DNA of 64,000 nucleotides from an uncultured Nitrososphaerales archaeon (GCA_963709405.1 CAVPXM010000020.1:32001-96000), one strand, 5' to 3'; shown: positions 24,618 through 37,516, counted from the first letter of the stretch. Program-made: numbers and translations. The notes: generated from the letters alone by a model not told the origin.

Positions 24618-25357
24618 TTACTGTAAGCCAGCTGCTGTAATAGCGGGGGAACGTTTGATTATAAGGTCATGATACTCTGAAAAACGATCTTCAAGGTTTT
24701 CTGGTATCGACTTGTACAGACATAGTAAAGTGATAGGTTCTTCAAATTCTCTTATTGCGATATCGAATACGCTTTCAATCTCTACAGCATCCCCATATCT
24801 ACCCTGTTCTATTAATTTGGCCGGCAGAGTGGCAATCATATTCAACCCTTTTTTTGATTTCTCATATGCTAACTCTTCAATTCTACGCAAGTCTTTTGAC
24901 AATGGGTTCAATCGAAAAGCTACCATTATGAAAACTTTGATCAGCAGGAATTATCATTATATCCTGAGAGTTAAATAAAGAATTTATGTTTGGGAACTTG
25001 TCGAGTGACTGTAAGAATTTCTGCTCTTCCTTTCTATAAATAATCAATACATTGATCTCATTGCGATCAATTCCGCGCTTTATAAAGGCAGTAACAATCT
25101 CCTTAAATTGGATTTCATTGTTAAAGGTAAGAACTATGTGGTCGTGGTCCTTCATTTTCCAGAACTAAATCTTCCACCGATTCCATTTTATTGTAAAATG
25201 CCTCTTGCTAATCAAGAAATTCATTAATAACGCGTCTTAATCGCTCGGATTTGTTAGTCATACCCATACCTTTAGCTCTTGGTGTTTGCAAGAATTGATC
25301 AAGTCTCTTAATCAATAGCTTTGGAAGATGGACATAATACCAGTCCTTACGACCCAT
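24618..25357 (-). pseudogene. RHH + MEDS-domain regulator, disrupted
   Basis: MGRKDWYYVHLPKLLIKRLDQFL...RRVINEFLD* (RHH-like), then DHIVLTF...FIKRGIDRNE...LLCLY...YHDLII (MEDS-like); one stop and two frameshifts. Confidence 0.65.
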
Positions 25358-25771
25358 AGTGTTATAATTAAGAATTAGATCAGCTATTTTTAGTATTATA
25401 GTAAGATGGACTCACAATTTCCACAATTTCTTTTTCATGGTTTTGATCCGACTCCTGCTACGTGGTTACGTTGAATGCGCTTTTGACCTAGGTGTGTTTG
25501 TTTCTATTGATGGTTTTTGCTTTCATATTCTGGATGAGCGATAATCGCTCCATACTCATTAACCTGGTATAGTTCAAAAAATGCGATATCTGTCAAATCT
25601 ATCTTGGGGTATAGCCCTGACTTTGCTGATTCTAATATCTTGCTTCTGAGCCATTCCAAGTTGTTTCCATTTTGTATTTCAAAGATTACATTCTAGTACA
25701 GTCGATCAGTATTGCATTTTCGTAATCGTCCAAGATAAAAACTTGCTACGACTAGAACAATTTGAAGACAA

Positions 25772-26906
25772 ATGAGCAACACAACAATAAAAAAGTACAA
25801 AAAAACATGTGGGAAACATTGAGCGTCATCGCTATTTTATTATCGGCGATTGCTCTTGTTTCATCATCCACACTACCAAGTGGAAGTAGTATAGACGTCA
25901 CTTGCGGCATCAACCAACAGTCATATTAATGATCAGACACGTGCATTACCACCTCAAACGTTAGTCCAAAATCTAACAAAGGCAAATGTGCCTGTAACAT
26001 TGCCTTTAACAAGAGGATATGTTAATGGTTTCGAAGTATTCTATATATCAACAGAAGCTTCAGATAAAGGGCTAGCTGATCACTTGACTAACTTTACTCA
26101 TTCAAGAGTATCGTATACACCAGCATTAGGAAATGCACCACCACAATCACTAGGAAATATCTATGTGTTTGCAAATGGCATTAAAGGCCCTGGTCCATTA
26201 GGCTTTCAAGCTAACGTAGCAGATTCTCAGCCAGGTGACCCAGGATATAGTCCCTTATGGAGAATTAATAATGTAGAGTGGAAACAAGGGGTTAGTCCAA
26301 GGGAGATAAAATCAGAAGCTGATATACTATCTGCACATAAGAATGGTGAATTAACTGTAACTCCGTCAAATACGGTAGTTAATTGTCCTTTCGTGCAGTG
26401 GCATGGCGGTTCATTGAAAGAAAGAGACTGACAAAACTTTAACTGATATGTCGGCTTATGGGGGAGGACAAGTTCTAAACATCGATACTAAGAAAATGCA
26501 GATCACGTTTGTAGGTCATAGAGGGTTTGCTCCTAATGGTTCAACAATCTATTACATAGCAACTGACGCATCTGTCAAGAAAGTAGCTGATGCATTAGGT
26601 GTGACATTTGTAAACAAGACCGGTGCAGCATTGTTATCTGGAGGATCATCTGATCTCTATGTGTTTACAAACGGAATCAAAGGAACTGGGCCTATGGGTT
26701 ATCAAGCAAGCATTGCAGCTGCAAATGTTGGTGATTCAACCTACAGTCCATTATGGAGAATACAGGCTACGACATGGAAGGATCCGTCACATGCAGAATT
26801 TCTGACTTCGTTGGCTCAGATTACATCTGCAGCCCAAGCTGGAAAGATAAGTACTAACATTGCTGGAGTAGTTATTAACTGTCCATTCGTTGATGTGCAT
26901 GTTTAG
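25772..26906 (+). CDS. Exported tandem DUF7482-like domain protein, copy 1 (frameshifted)
   Basis: Two repeats of Y(I)xT(E/D)AS...YVFxNG..GPxG(F/Y)Q...YSPLW...NCPF; signal-like N-terminus broken by indels. Confidence 0.75.
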
Positions 26907-26954
26907 AAGTAAACACAGAAAAGAAACTAGTCAGACGAGAGAAAGGAGTTTCAT

Positions 26955-26980
26955 TTCTTCTTTTTTTATTTCACTTTTGA
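26955..26980 (+). terminator. Putative archaeal oligo-T terminator
   Basis: T-rich tract about 50 bp after the stop codon. Confidence 0.35.
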
Positions 26981-27068
26981 TCCTATTATGAAAATTGACT
27001 ACCATATCATTCGATTTTCTGCAAAGTTTAAATGATTTTTTGCTGGTTAGAAGGCTCACCCTACACAT

Positions 27069-27605
27069 ATGGTCAGAGAAAATAAGAAGATTGCATTGAG
27101 GACTATAAGATTATCTAAGAAATTGGATGAGTTGCTTCAAAAAGATGCCAATTCAAAGAGGATTACTGTTGGCACACTGATATCCACGATTCTAACTAAA
27201 TATTCACAATGGGATAGATATACTGAAAAATTTGACATGATTACTCTAAGAAAGGAGAGCATAAAGGCAATTCTCGAGGCGACTGAAGATGAGGCTCTGA
27301 TTAGAAAGGCTCGTGAATTAGGAGCTAAGGTTCCCAGGGAATTTCTTATGTTCTGGTTCAAAAAAACGGATCTCGAATCATACCTTCAATATCTAGAATT
27401 ACTATGTAATTATGGAGGCTTTGCGCGCTATGAATTTGAAGCTGAAGGACCTGTATATATTATTACTCTTCTTCATAACATGGGCGAGAAATGGTCTATA
27501 TTCCTTAAGTATGTCATGGAAGAAGGTATATTGACTACTATTGGTAGCTTGCCCAAATTTGAGGTTAATAAAGGTTCACTAGTTATTAGGATTGGGATAT
27601 CTTGA
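27069..27605 (+). CDS. RHH-type DNA-binding protein
   Basis: RTIRLSKKLDELLQKDANSKRITVGTLISTILTKY N-terminus; HNMGEKWS motif. Confidence 0.7.
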   Translation: MVRENKKIALRTIRLSKKLDELLQKDANSKRITVGTLISTILTKYSQWDRYTEKFDMITLRKESIKAILEATEDEALIRKARELGAKVPREFLMFWFKKTDLESYLQYLELLCNYGGFARYEFEAEGPVYIITLLHNMGEKWSIFLKYVMEEGILTTIGSLPKFEVNKGSLVIRIGIS

Positions 27606-28298
27606 AGCCTCTCAAAATAAACCACACAGTAAGAGAAATTTTTTTCTAGCCAAATGTAGGTAGGACAATCATCATCATCTTCCTGAGATATTTCGCGATG
27701 GCATTGATAACAGTAGAATTCAGCATTGCATTTCCGTGTGGGACTGCAAATTTTGTAACGGTAGTGGGATCAATTCCATGTTCTGTGTTCTAGTCAATCT
27801 AGACATAAGATACTCTTCAAATAGTCGTTTGATAACTGACATTATTAGTTTCATCTTTATTTCGTTGATCGTACAGCAAATTGGGTTACCCACATTTCAT
27901 CTGCTCTCAGTATTTACCATCTGTTTCCCATATTGGTACGTGCTCATATCTTGCTGAGATCACATTGAATGCATGCAAACCATCTCTTACGAAAATATGA
28001 TTATCTTCACTATCAAATCTGTTATCAGCTGTAACTACAGATAATGGTAGAATTTGCGGTCATAGCATCAGTGTATCTGAGTTCTATCCACTATCCAATA
28101 ACGAATATTGCGAAAAATGTGATAAACGAGTCCATATATTCGGCCTTACAATAAGTCTAATAATAATTAGAAAGGCAATCATTAGCCAGATGGGAAGATC
28201 GTGAGTAGGAGAAAAGGTATACAACTGTTCACATCAAATGGTACTGCAGACGGTCCTATTACGGCCCTCATCCACACATGAGTGATCATATGTTTTTG

Positions 28299-28497
28299 CT
28301 ATTCTTTTTTCTTGACTTGCCAAAATAAACCATTAACCCTAAACAGATAAAACCAATGAATTCTGGGATTATAAACAACTTAAACCTATCATAAGGCGAG
28401 GCAGAATAATCCACTAAACTGGCAATAGGACCGCCAATTAACCCACCAAATAATCCCGCCATTATTGCAATAGTTATTATTCGCTCTTTTTTTCCAT
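28299..28497 (-). CDS. Small two-TM membrane protein (frameshift in A7 run after ATG)
   Basis: Adding one A gives MEKKERIITIAIMAGLFGGLIGGPIASLVD...FIGFICLGLMVYFGKSRKKE*. Confidence 0.4.
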
Positions 28498-28773
28498 AAG
28501 TTCTTAAGAATCCTTTTACGCAAGTATACTTTTGCCTTTATGATTGTACTGAGTTATACTTTTCTGTTCTTCGAATAATAATTAAGTTAGTAACAATTAG
28601 TGAGGCTAACGTGAATAGCTTGCTCCTCAATTCCAAGGGATTTGAAACGGATCAAAGTCGAGTATGCCTGATTCTTGCTATATCACAAAGGGATTGGACA
28701 ATATTATAGGTAGGTACATAGCCGTATACACAGGACTGTAAGTACCAAAACTCACCTACATCCAAAAATTTCT

Positions 28774-29214
28774 TCAGTCAGCAGGAATTCTTATGGGGGT
28801 AATAAACGAATAGCTATTAGTGAGGCTGTCTCTACATTCCAAAGTGCCATCGTTGAGGATGATGCAATTTTCAGGCACTACTCTCATACTTGTGGGATTG
28901 CCCTTCATAAATTGCATAGCCTGTGATTGATTCATAACACCCATGTTCTTCATTCCCATTACTGAAATTTGCATTCGTGCCATATTCAATTGTTCCAATG
29001 CTGCACTCGCATTACCTGCTGACATTGCCTTATCTGCAGCCTTTAAATGCATTCTCGCAGATTCCATCATAACTGATGACATACTCGTGTTTGCGTTCTT
29101 CGGGCCATTCAGCTGAGCGATCGCAGGTGTCATTATTGCAGGCATAATGCTAGCCCCAAGAAACAATATTAGTGCGGAAAAACATATAGTAATTAGAGAC
29201 TGTTTTGTTCCCAT
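28774..29214 (-). CDS. Secreted methionine-rich protein
   Basis: Signal peptide ending AIA-Q; 17 Met in 146 aa; C-terminal Cys pair. Confidence 0.75.
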   Translation of the reverse strand: MGTKQSLITICFSALILFLGASIMPAIMTPAIAQLNGPKNANTSMSSVMMESARMHLKAADKAMSAGNASAALEQLNMARMQISVMGMKNMGVMNQSQAMQFMKGNPTSMRVVPENCIILNDGTLECRDSLTNSYSFITPIRIPAD

Positions 29215-29442
29215 GTCCAGTTGCCGTATTTATCTTATATAAGATTTCTAAGACTGGACTACGTGTTAGATCTCAACTCCAGGCTCGATTATAATTAAAT
29301 GTCCTTCAATGAGAATAAAATAATCCCGACTTTTTCGATCTTATGAGTCCTATCTACTATGTCAGGAATTCGAAATTGACTCTCATTCTCCTTGCTAAGA
29401 ATAGTGGTTACATGCTAAATGCAATCGACTATTTGACTAATC

Positions 29443-30218
29443 TTAGCTTTCATATGTTAAATTGTACGTGCTACGTTCTATAACAATTACGCCAACCAAA
29501 TAGAGTAAGATCATTGGTCCTGCAACAAACCACATTGTAATACCACTTCCATCTGGTGTCACAAATGCACCAAAGATAACAAGAATGATGATAACATATC
29601 GAAGATTCTTTCTCCAAAACTTTGGTTGGATAAATCCAGAAATCGTTAGTCCCCACATTAATAGAGGGAGCTGATAGGAAATTCCGAATGCAATAAGAAA
29701 CTGAAGTAGCAAAAGGGTACGAATTGAGATATATCTAGAAAGGTAGCGATGTCCATGAACTCTCCGTATTTGTATAAGAATTCGAGCACCAATGGTATTA
29801 CAACAAGATATGAAAACGAGCATCCTAAGCCGAAGAGTAATACAGAAAATAAAGTAATCCTTTTCATAAAGATCTTTTCACCCCGATAAAGGCCTGGTCC
29901 TATAAATGAAATGGTTTCTTTGGTGATCATGGGTATAGTCAGAATTAGTGCCAAAAGCGATGCAACATAAATCTGTGCAAAAAAGGCCTGACCTGGTGAT
30001 GTTTGGATAAGGGTAACGTTATTTGGAATAAGATCTTGTCGCAATAACGACATGGTTTGGATCGCAATATTGTCATATAGATCTGGATACAGGATTACGA
30101 TTTTGTATGGTCCATAATCAAGCATTTTGATACTAAATGTCGTAATAATTATAACCAATATAACTAAAATGATTGCAATTCTGATCACTCTCTTTCTAAG
30201 GTCTTGCAAGTATTGCAA
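29443..30218 (-). CDS. tatC: Twin-arginine translocase subunit TatC (frameshift near 29705)
   Basis: LQDLRKRVI, SPGQAF, FIGPGLY, YQLPL, FVTPDGS motifs. Confidence 0.9.
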
Positions 30219-30289
30219 GTATGGTCGATTGTTATACAGGTGATACCACCAAAAAATTAATCCGACATAATGTTATTATCACTGTTGTT

Positions 30290-31962
30290 CTACGTAGCTA
30301 AAATATAATATCCGGTTGCTCCATTTGGAAAAGGATCACTGATCTGTGCTGTCTGAACTCTACCGGTTTTATCGGTGGCTCTAACTGATATATTGTAATT
30401 CGATTTGTTTCCTTTCAAATGCAATTTAGTGGCCCACAATACCCAGGTGTATTGTGAAAGTGGTTCTTTTAGCACAGTCGGCATCCATGACTTGCCACCA
30501 TCTATGCTTACCTCCACTTTCAATATGCCTCTATCTCCTGCAAAAGCCATACCACCAAAAGATACTCCTTCTGATCCTGGCAGAGTAGCATCAGATGATG
30601 ATTGAAGACCACTGAATCTTTTTCTAACTGCAGCATTTCCAGGGATCACTATAAATGAATGAGTATTATATTTTGCATTATTGGCCCAGCCTTTCCTCTG
30701 CCAATAACCCTGATATACCTTATCAACAAGTTCTATCTCAGTTATCCATTTGGGATTCATCATTCCATACAGTCCGGGGATAATGGCTCTAACAGGAAAG
30801 CCGTGTTCTGCCGTTAAAGATGCACCGTTCATTTCATATGCTAATATACTGCCGTTCAGCAACCCTCGATCAATTGGGATACCAACATCATATCCATCTG
30901 CACATCTGAATACAACATATTTGACTTCGGGCTTGACGCCTGCCATCTGAAGTATATCTTTCAAATGAACGCCTTTCCAGGCAGCTGTACTAATAAGATC
31001 TCCTCCTATCTTATTACTTACACATTCAAGAGTAGCGAATTGCTCTATTGGGGCAATCGATCTGATTTCTTGATAATTAAGTGTTAGAGGTTTATTTACC
31101 AGTCCTTTGACATTCAGACTCCAAGTCTGTGCATTCACTTCTGGTACCAGAGCATTCTTGTCTATCCTGTAAAACATGTCAGTTGGAGTTACTTCTGAAT
31201 CCAAGAGTGAAGCTAATTTTGGATCTTCAAATCCCTGTGGTTTGGTGGTGTTCTTCAGTTTTTGCTGGAATTGAGATAGTAGTAACGAAGTTGTGCTCTG
31301 AACTGCTCGTTGAGGGGAAAGAAGGCTTTCTAGTCCTAGATAAATTACAGGTATTGCAACTGCTGCGGCGATACCTGCACGAAGCATTTGTCTCTTGCTC
31401 TGATCTATCTGCTCTCCAGAATCAGGTTTACTAGCCTTAATTCTTTCCTTAGGAACCTCAATGACGGATTCAGGTGTTCGATTGTAAAGCACTGCATACA
31501 GTGTAAAGCCGAACGCAAGCTGTGGTATTATTAAATAGATAGCCAATGACGAGATCGATATTGATTGAGCCTGACCCTCTGTCAGGCCCAAGAGAGCAAT
31601 CGTTATTGCTAGGAATATAACAAAAGAAATTGCCGTACATAACAGGGAATTCTGTAGGTATCTTTCTGGAGTACGATTAGATCGTCTAGCAAAAAATATA
31701 GCTAAAAGTCCATAAACTATTAGATTGGCTATAATAGCGCCAATAAAAGCAGAGTATTTAGCAAGTGGCCCCAATGTTCCTACCGCCTGGGATTCGACTG
31801 ATCCAGGAGTAAGCGAAAATAGGGTCTGGGAAGCAATTTCTGGAACAAAAGGACCGCTTAATGCTAATCTTAGAATTAATGCTACAGCTATAGCAACAGC
31901 TCCAGTACAGAGTCCTACTATAAATAATAACTTGATGGAAAGATACTCTATTATGCAGTCAC
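30290..31962 (-). CDS. Sulfite oxidase/MsrP-family molybdopterin oxidoreductase with 5 N-terminal TM helices
   Basis: FYRID, Mo-ligand LECVSN, HGFPVR..PGLYG..KWI, GYWQRKGW, C-terminal Ig-like dimer domain; frame open upstream of 31774 to about 31966; GTG at 31962 needs one extra base. Confidence 0.85.
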
Positions 31963-32169
31963 TGACCTACCTTAGTCAGCTAAGATTTAAGTTTTTTCCA
32001 AGTTCTAGTCTATTTGTTATGTGGTTAGAAAAAGGAATGTAATTATAAATTATAATAGGCCTATTATGAAATCTGATCATCCAAAAGCTTTGTATAAAGT
32101 AGCCAGTTTAGCACAATTCAAAAAACGTTTAGAATAAAATTAGTAAAAGATACAACATTTCTGTTTTGA

Positions 32170-32769
32170 ATGATAACTATAGGTATTTTCCTTAGAAAGA
32201 GAAAAATTATCCAACATAATCTTGTAAATTTGATGACACTTGTAAAACCATCTGTTGCTTTTGCATTAACTATAATTTTGGCCATTCTTATACTGATTGT
32301 TTCCCTTTCTCTAGGTTCAACTATGTATATGAAATCTAAGATTAGTCTATTACAATTATCGTATGCTAAAATAACAAGAGTCGTGGTAAGAGTAGGAATG
32401 CAACACGATGTTGCTTACATAAGACCTATCGAAAATAAAACATCTTCACCATCTTTTCCACCAGTTAATCCAGTACAAGGAATATTGATAGTAACTGAAA
32501 AAGTGGTTAATGAAGGGGGTGGCAATAAGAAGCCATCAGATTTTACAATAACTGTACACGGCAATAACCCTTCTCCCAGTACCTTTCAAGGTAATTCATC
32601 AGGTACAGTTGTAAAATTGCAAATGGGGATGTACAGTGTTACTGAAACGAAATTATCAGGCTACAATTCGACAATATCTGGAGATTGTTCTGGTGGCATA
32701 ATGTCGGTCGAAACTAAAAACTGTACTATTACAAATACTTATTCCAGGTCTGGTATTGGTACTAAATAA
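32170..32769 (+). CDS. Surface protein with prealbumin-like/Ig fold
   Basis: N-terminal TM; KVVNEGGGNKKPSDFTITV...YSVTE...DCSG...CTITN. Confidence 0.65.
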   Translation: MITIGIFLRKRKIIQHNLVNLMTLVKPSVAFALTIILAILILIVSLSLGSTMYMKSKISLLQLSYAKITRVVVRVGMQHDVAYIRPIENKTSSPSFPPVNPVQGILIVTEKVVNEGGGNKKPSDFTITVHGNNPSPSTFQGNSSGTVVKLQMGMYSVTETKLSGYNSTISGDCSGGIMSVETKNCTITNTYSRSGIGTK

Positions 32770-32989
32770 AAGTGTTATCCATAAGCTTTATGAATACAGC
32801 AATGGTATTGGGCGTAGGCGACCTCTTACGAGTGTTTCCAAGAATTTGTAACTGATTATACAATTGCCAACTAACACATCTAGCAAGGCATAAGTACCAC
32901 TACTCATTACTATACGTTCCTAGTAAAAAAAGTTGGAGTAAGATCTGATATGTTGATCTGGAGGTATAGTGTCGGAATGATATTTATGA

Positions 32990-33657
32990 CTATGTCTTTA
33001 ATTGTGCGCTTCCAAACAGTACCTGAGAAATCCTTGCACCATATCAAGGCCATGTTGTATTTTGTTAGGTCAGTTCCATGAGGTATATTATAATTTTGAT
33101 TTCCGTTATTTGCTTTCAACCTTCCAAGATCTATGAAATTTGAGGCAGTCTTTATGAGTAGCAAGATAAAGATGGACATTAGGTCCATTAGTTGACTTAA
33201 AGTTTTCTAACCTGAGGATTGTGCTCCCATCTCCTAACGGAATTACTCTTGCTAATCCTTCTGCATTATGAAATCCATCACCTGCTCCAATGAAGGAGCC
33301 AGCCAATATGCTGCGTGCTGTAGTTGCATTGCTTTGTTGTTGTTGTCTTTGTTTTATGGTCTCTGGGGTGATAGAGCTTTCATTAATAGTATTATTTATC
33401 TGACTAGCTCCAATCATAACCATATTTTTATCCCTTTGACTCATTTGCTTAGCAGCATTACTTCTATCTAGATCACTCATCGAAACAAATTTTTGATAGT
33501 CCTGTAATGCAGTATTTTTGTTTACACCAGCAGCAGTTGTTGGTAAGGGTTCATTTACAGTATTACTTGTAAATAATGGAGAAATAGCGTAGATACCAAA
33601 TGGGATTACTATTGCGGCTACTACTATACTAATAACTATTAGTATCTTTTTGTTCAT
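32990..33657 (-). CDS. DM13-domain membrane-anchored protein (frameshifts)
   Basis: GSFIG..HNAEG..LRLENFKSTNGPNVHLYL / LKANNGNQNYNIP..IWCKDFS/VLFGSA. Confidence 0.85.
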
Positions 33658-33774
33658 AACTGGTAAATGATTATATTATATAAAAGAATCTTTTAATAGT
33701 TATGGTATAGATAGATATGCTCATAATCTGATGCCAATACATACGCCGGCATAGCTAATGTAAATCCCGTCTTT

Positions 33775-34068
33775 TTACATATATCGATTTATAATAAAAT
33801 TTGCATAAAATCTAGGCCAATACGCACCAGGAGCAACGGATGCATTTTCTTTGTCTGCTAATACTAACAAATAGACAAGTTCACTCTTTGTGAACTTGGC
33901 GTTCAGCATTTGCCGCATCTTGTCTAGGAGGTAATCTGCATACCAAATAGGCCAATCTGGGTCCTCGCCCTCCGTAGCAGCAAAAGCCTTATGATGAGCT
34001 TCTGCAGTCTCATTTAATAGATTCGCTAGTTCATCAATTAGTTTCTTATTATTATTTGAATTATTCAC
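33775..34068 (-). CDS. Conserved-looking hypothetical protein (AHH..DPDWPIWYA)
   Basis: 97-aa ORF with aromatic/His motif. Confidence 0.65.
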   Translation of the reverse strand: MNNSNNNKKLIDELANLLNETAEAHHKAFAATEGEDPDWPIWYADYLLDKMRQMLNAKFTKSELVYLLVLADKENASVAPGAYWPRFYANFIINRYM

Positions 34069-34393
34069 GTGTATGTCTGTGTGATGACCTTGTTAAGGTT
34101 AAAAGAGTTGTGTATTTTGATCAAACCTAGAGATGAATTTAGTATTTGTATATTTAGAGAGTTGTCTATTTAATACTGCAATCAATCAACATCTTTGAGA
34201 GATTAATCAATTTGCCAGCGATAATTTGTTAGTCATCACATATCAAATATACAATATGCAAACACAAGATTCGGAAAAAAGTATTAATATAAAATTTAAC
34301 TAACAAGAATTAATTTGGCATCATTTAACACTATTTATATAATGATACAGTCTTGGACAATAAGTCTAGTCTCGGAGGTTGTTACTTATCTGT

Positions 34394-34574
34394 GATGGCA
34401 GATATGCTGTTCGATATGATCATAGGAATGATTTTAGGAATGGTAGCTAGCCCTCTTATGATGAAAGGAATCAAAGCGATAAGACAGAGAAGGAAAATAT
34501 CCAAAATGTTGCACGAGATTTCTGAACTGAAGAAAAATGGTGAATTTGATTACAAAAAGTATCAAGTGGTGTGA
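34394..34574 (+). CDS. Small single-TM protein
   Basis: MADMLFDMIIGMILGMVASPL followed by a basic tail. Confidence 0.45.
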
Positions 34575-35005
34575 CAATATTGCTTCACATATGTTGAATA
34601 TGATAAGATAAGATAAGATAAAGCAAATATACAACAGTTCGATACGTAATACAAGGATCGTAGAGAAACAATAATAATTAGATATGTTATAGCTGCAGTG
34701 AATAATAATATTTATTTGCAATGGAATTTTTCATGGCGTTTGGTATAGGCATGTTAATTTCAGGTCAGCTACTGTATTATACTATCAAAAAGATTATCTT
34801 AAATGCATATTTAATAAGTTTATAATCAGGTAAAAGCATTTCTCGTTTTCAATAACAGCATTCTAAATAATTTTTAATTATTCACCGTGACTGAAATCAT
34901 TACGGCAATGATCATACCATTTTAAGTTATAAGTAAAATGATTAAAGACAAACTTGAACGATTGGAGGAACACAATTAATACAAGGAAATGGTGCCTCAC
35001 TTAAC

Positions 35006-37351
35006 TTGAAGACAGAAAGAAACTTTTTGTTATTGAAATCTTCTATAGTAGCGACAGCAGTTGTCATTTCCATATTTTCTGCCTCCCTAATTTTGCAGCA
35101 GCAAAGTGTAATAGCACAAATGGTTCCATCACCAGGAACAAATAATGCATCTTCATCTGCACCAAATATGACAAAGACGACGTCTACAACTGAAGCGCCA
35201 GGCTCGGTATTCAAATTATCTAGAGCAAGCATTCCAATCGACATCCCATTAAAGGAGGGATTTGTAAATGGCAACCCAGTATTCTATATTAATACAGACA
35301 TCTCTGATCAAAAACTTGCAGGTCAACTAACAAATGCAACCGGCTTTAAAGTGAATTACGCTCCACTAATTGCACACGCATCTAGTGATGGAGTTGCTCA
35401 ATTCTATGTATTTAAGAATGGAATTAAAGGTACAGGAACACTTGGTTTTCAGCCAACAGTTGGAAATGCACAGCCAGGCGATGTGAACTATAGTCCATTA
35501 TGGAAATTAAATATAGTAAGTCAAGTGTCGTAGTGTCTGTCGTCATTCCAAGTTCCAAATCTACTCTCTAGATAACCTGATACTGCAGCTTTCTGTTCTT
35601 CTATCTGCGTATAAAATCTGTTTGCACACACATCTGATTTTATCTGCTGGTTTACTCTCCTTTCATTTGGATTTAGGTATGGTGCTTTCTTTGGTAGGTG
35701 AATAATGGTCAGCCAGTCTTCTTCTTTCTGTGCATTGATATAATTCCGTACCATTAGGCTTACATGGTATGAAGCGTTATCCCATATGAGTATGAGTCTT
35801 TTCCACCAATCACTTTTCATAATGTTTCTCTTGAGATTCTCCAGATGGTCAATAGTACCTCGTAGAATTCATTCTATCATAGAAATCATACGTCATTAAT
35901 TTCTCTTCAGGCCATAGCATGGATATATATGCGGAGAACTTCCTTCTACTTCCATTATGTTCTATTTTCAGCTGCTCGCCTTCAAAACTCATGGACTTGT
36001 GAATACAAGGTTTCTGTGTTATGGTAGTTTCATCTTCAAATGCCATTATAACTCTCTTTTTTTCAGAGCTGATGCTACTTGCTTGTAGTTATCCACTCTC
36101 TTTTTCCCTTGTTCATAATCCTCTCCATGTAATAGTTCCAATTTTGGTCTTTTGCATCTAATCCCCATATCCTTAGTTATTCTTTGTAGATGTTTGAAAC
36201 TGATTGGAATATCAAGCTCATCTGTAAGACACCTTGCCAGCGACCTTAGACTCCATGTATTCCTTAGATAACCAAAGATATGTGGATCGTTAAACAATGC
36301 TGATAGAATAATCTCTTTGTTTTCGTCTGTTATGCTGGACTTCGATCCACCAGGTTTCTTCATCCTTACTCCATCATCAATCCCTTTCTTAATGTATGCA
36401 GCAATCCACCCTTGTACAGACCTCTGCCTGACTCCGTGTTCATTTGCTATATCTTCATAAGATCTACCTTCAACTTTTTGGAGTATAGCCAGTAACCTGC
36501 GGTATTCTTTTTTGTTATTCGTATTCTTCATAAATGACTTTAACTTGTTCTTCTGTAGTATGGTAAGTATGAGTTTGGAACGATGATTCACAGAATGAAA
36601 ATATGGTTTGTCCCAAGCTATAATTATTTCGAAATCTACGTTATGTAATGAATGAATAACGACATAAACTTAGACACTCCACTTAGAATGGAAGAATGGT
36701 GTCACGCCAACACAGCTAAAGTCTGAAAAAGAAGTTATAGATGCAAAGACTAAAGGAGATTTGATAGTAACACCTACAAACATTGTAGCTGATTGTCCAT
36801 TTGTGAAGTGGAATGGTGGTCAAATGAAGATAAGAGAAGACAAGAACATTAACGACGATTCAAAGTATATGGGTGGTCAGGTGCTGAAAATTGATACCGA
36901 AAAAATGGTTGTAACAATGGTTGCTCACAGAGGATTTGGTCCAGATGGTAAAACTATCTATTACATAGTAGCAGATGCAACTCCACAGATGCCAGCAGCT
37001 ATGATGGGAGTTACATTGGCTTCGTTAGATGAGAAATTGCTATCAACACCAGCAGTAGTAGATCTATTCCAGTTTACAAATGGAATCAATGGCTCTGGTC
37101 CGATGGGATTTCAAGCTGGTATAGGGGCCGCAAATCCAACAGACTCTAATTACAGTCCTATGTGGAAGATTTCTTTTAATCAATGGAAGGATCCATCAAA
37201 GGCTAGAATTTTAGAAACAGTAAGTGATATTACAGCATTGCGACAATCTGGAATGATCACGGTTACACCTGCAATGGGAGGCAAACATGTGGTTAACTGT
37301 CCTTTCTTTGATGCAGCGACTGTCTTTGAACACCAGAGCAAATTGGCATAA
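35006..37351 (+). pseudogene. Exported tandem DUF7482-like protein, copy 2, interrupted by IS630
   Basis: Removing the IS and one TA restores YSPLWKLNIV-EWKNGVTPTQLKSE in frame. Confidence 0.85.
35519..36683 (-). mobile_element. IS630-family insertion sequence, type A copy 2 (1165 bp)
   Basis: TA duplicated at 35517-18 and 36684-85; TIRs; orfA 36591-36046, orfB in the -1 frame after AAAAAAAG, extra frameshift near 35855. Confidence 0.92.
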
Positions 37352-37516
37352 CACTGATACACACAAATAGTGTCTATTCTCATTTACTCTTTTTTTCTGT
37401 CTATCTGCTATCGTCTATCATTAATACCATTGTCTATTTTAACTGTTAAAGCTGAACTTTAACCGTTGTAGGTATGTCTTATTAGCAAGGGTCTCATTTT
37501 GACTTATATTAATAGC

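Noticed and set aside
27640-27957. Cys-rich, zinc-finger-like translations on both strands
   Set aside because: Fragmentary and interrupted; no coherent ORF
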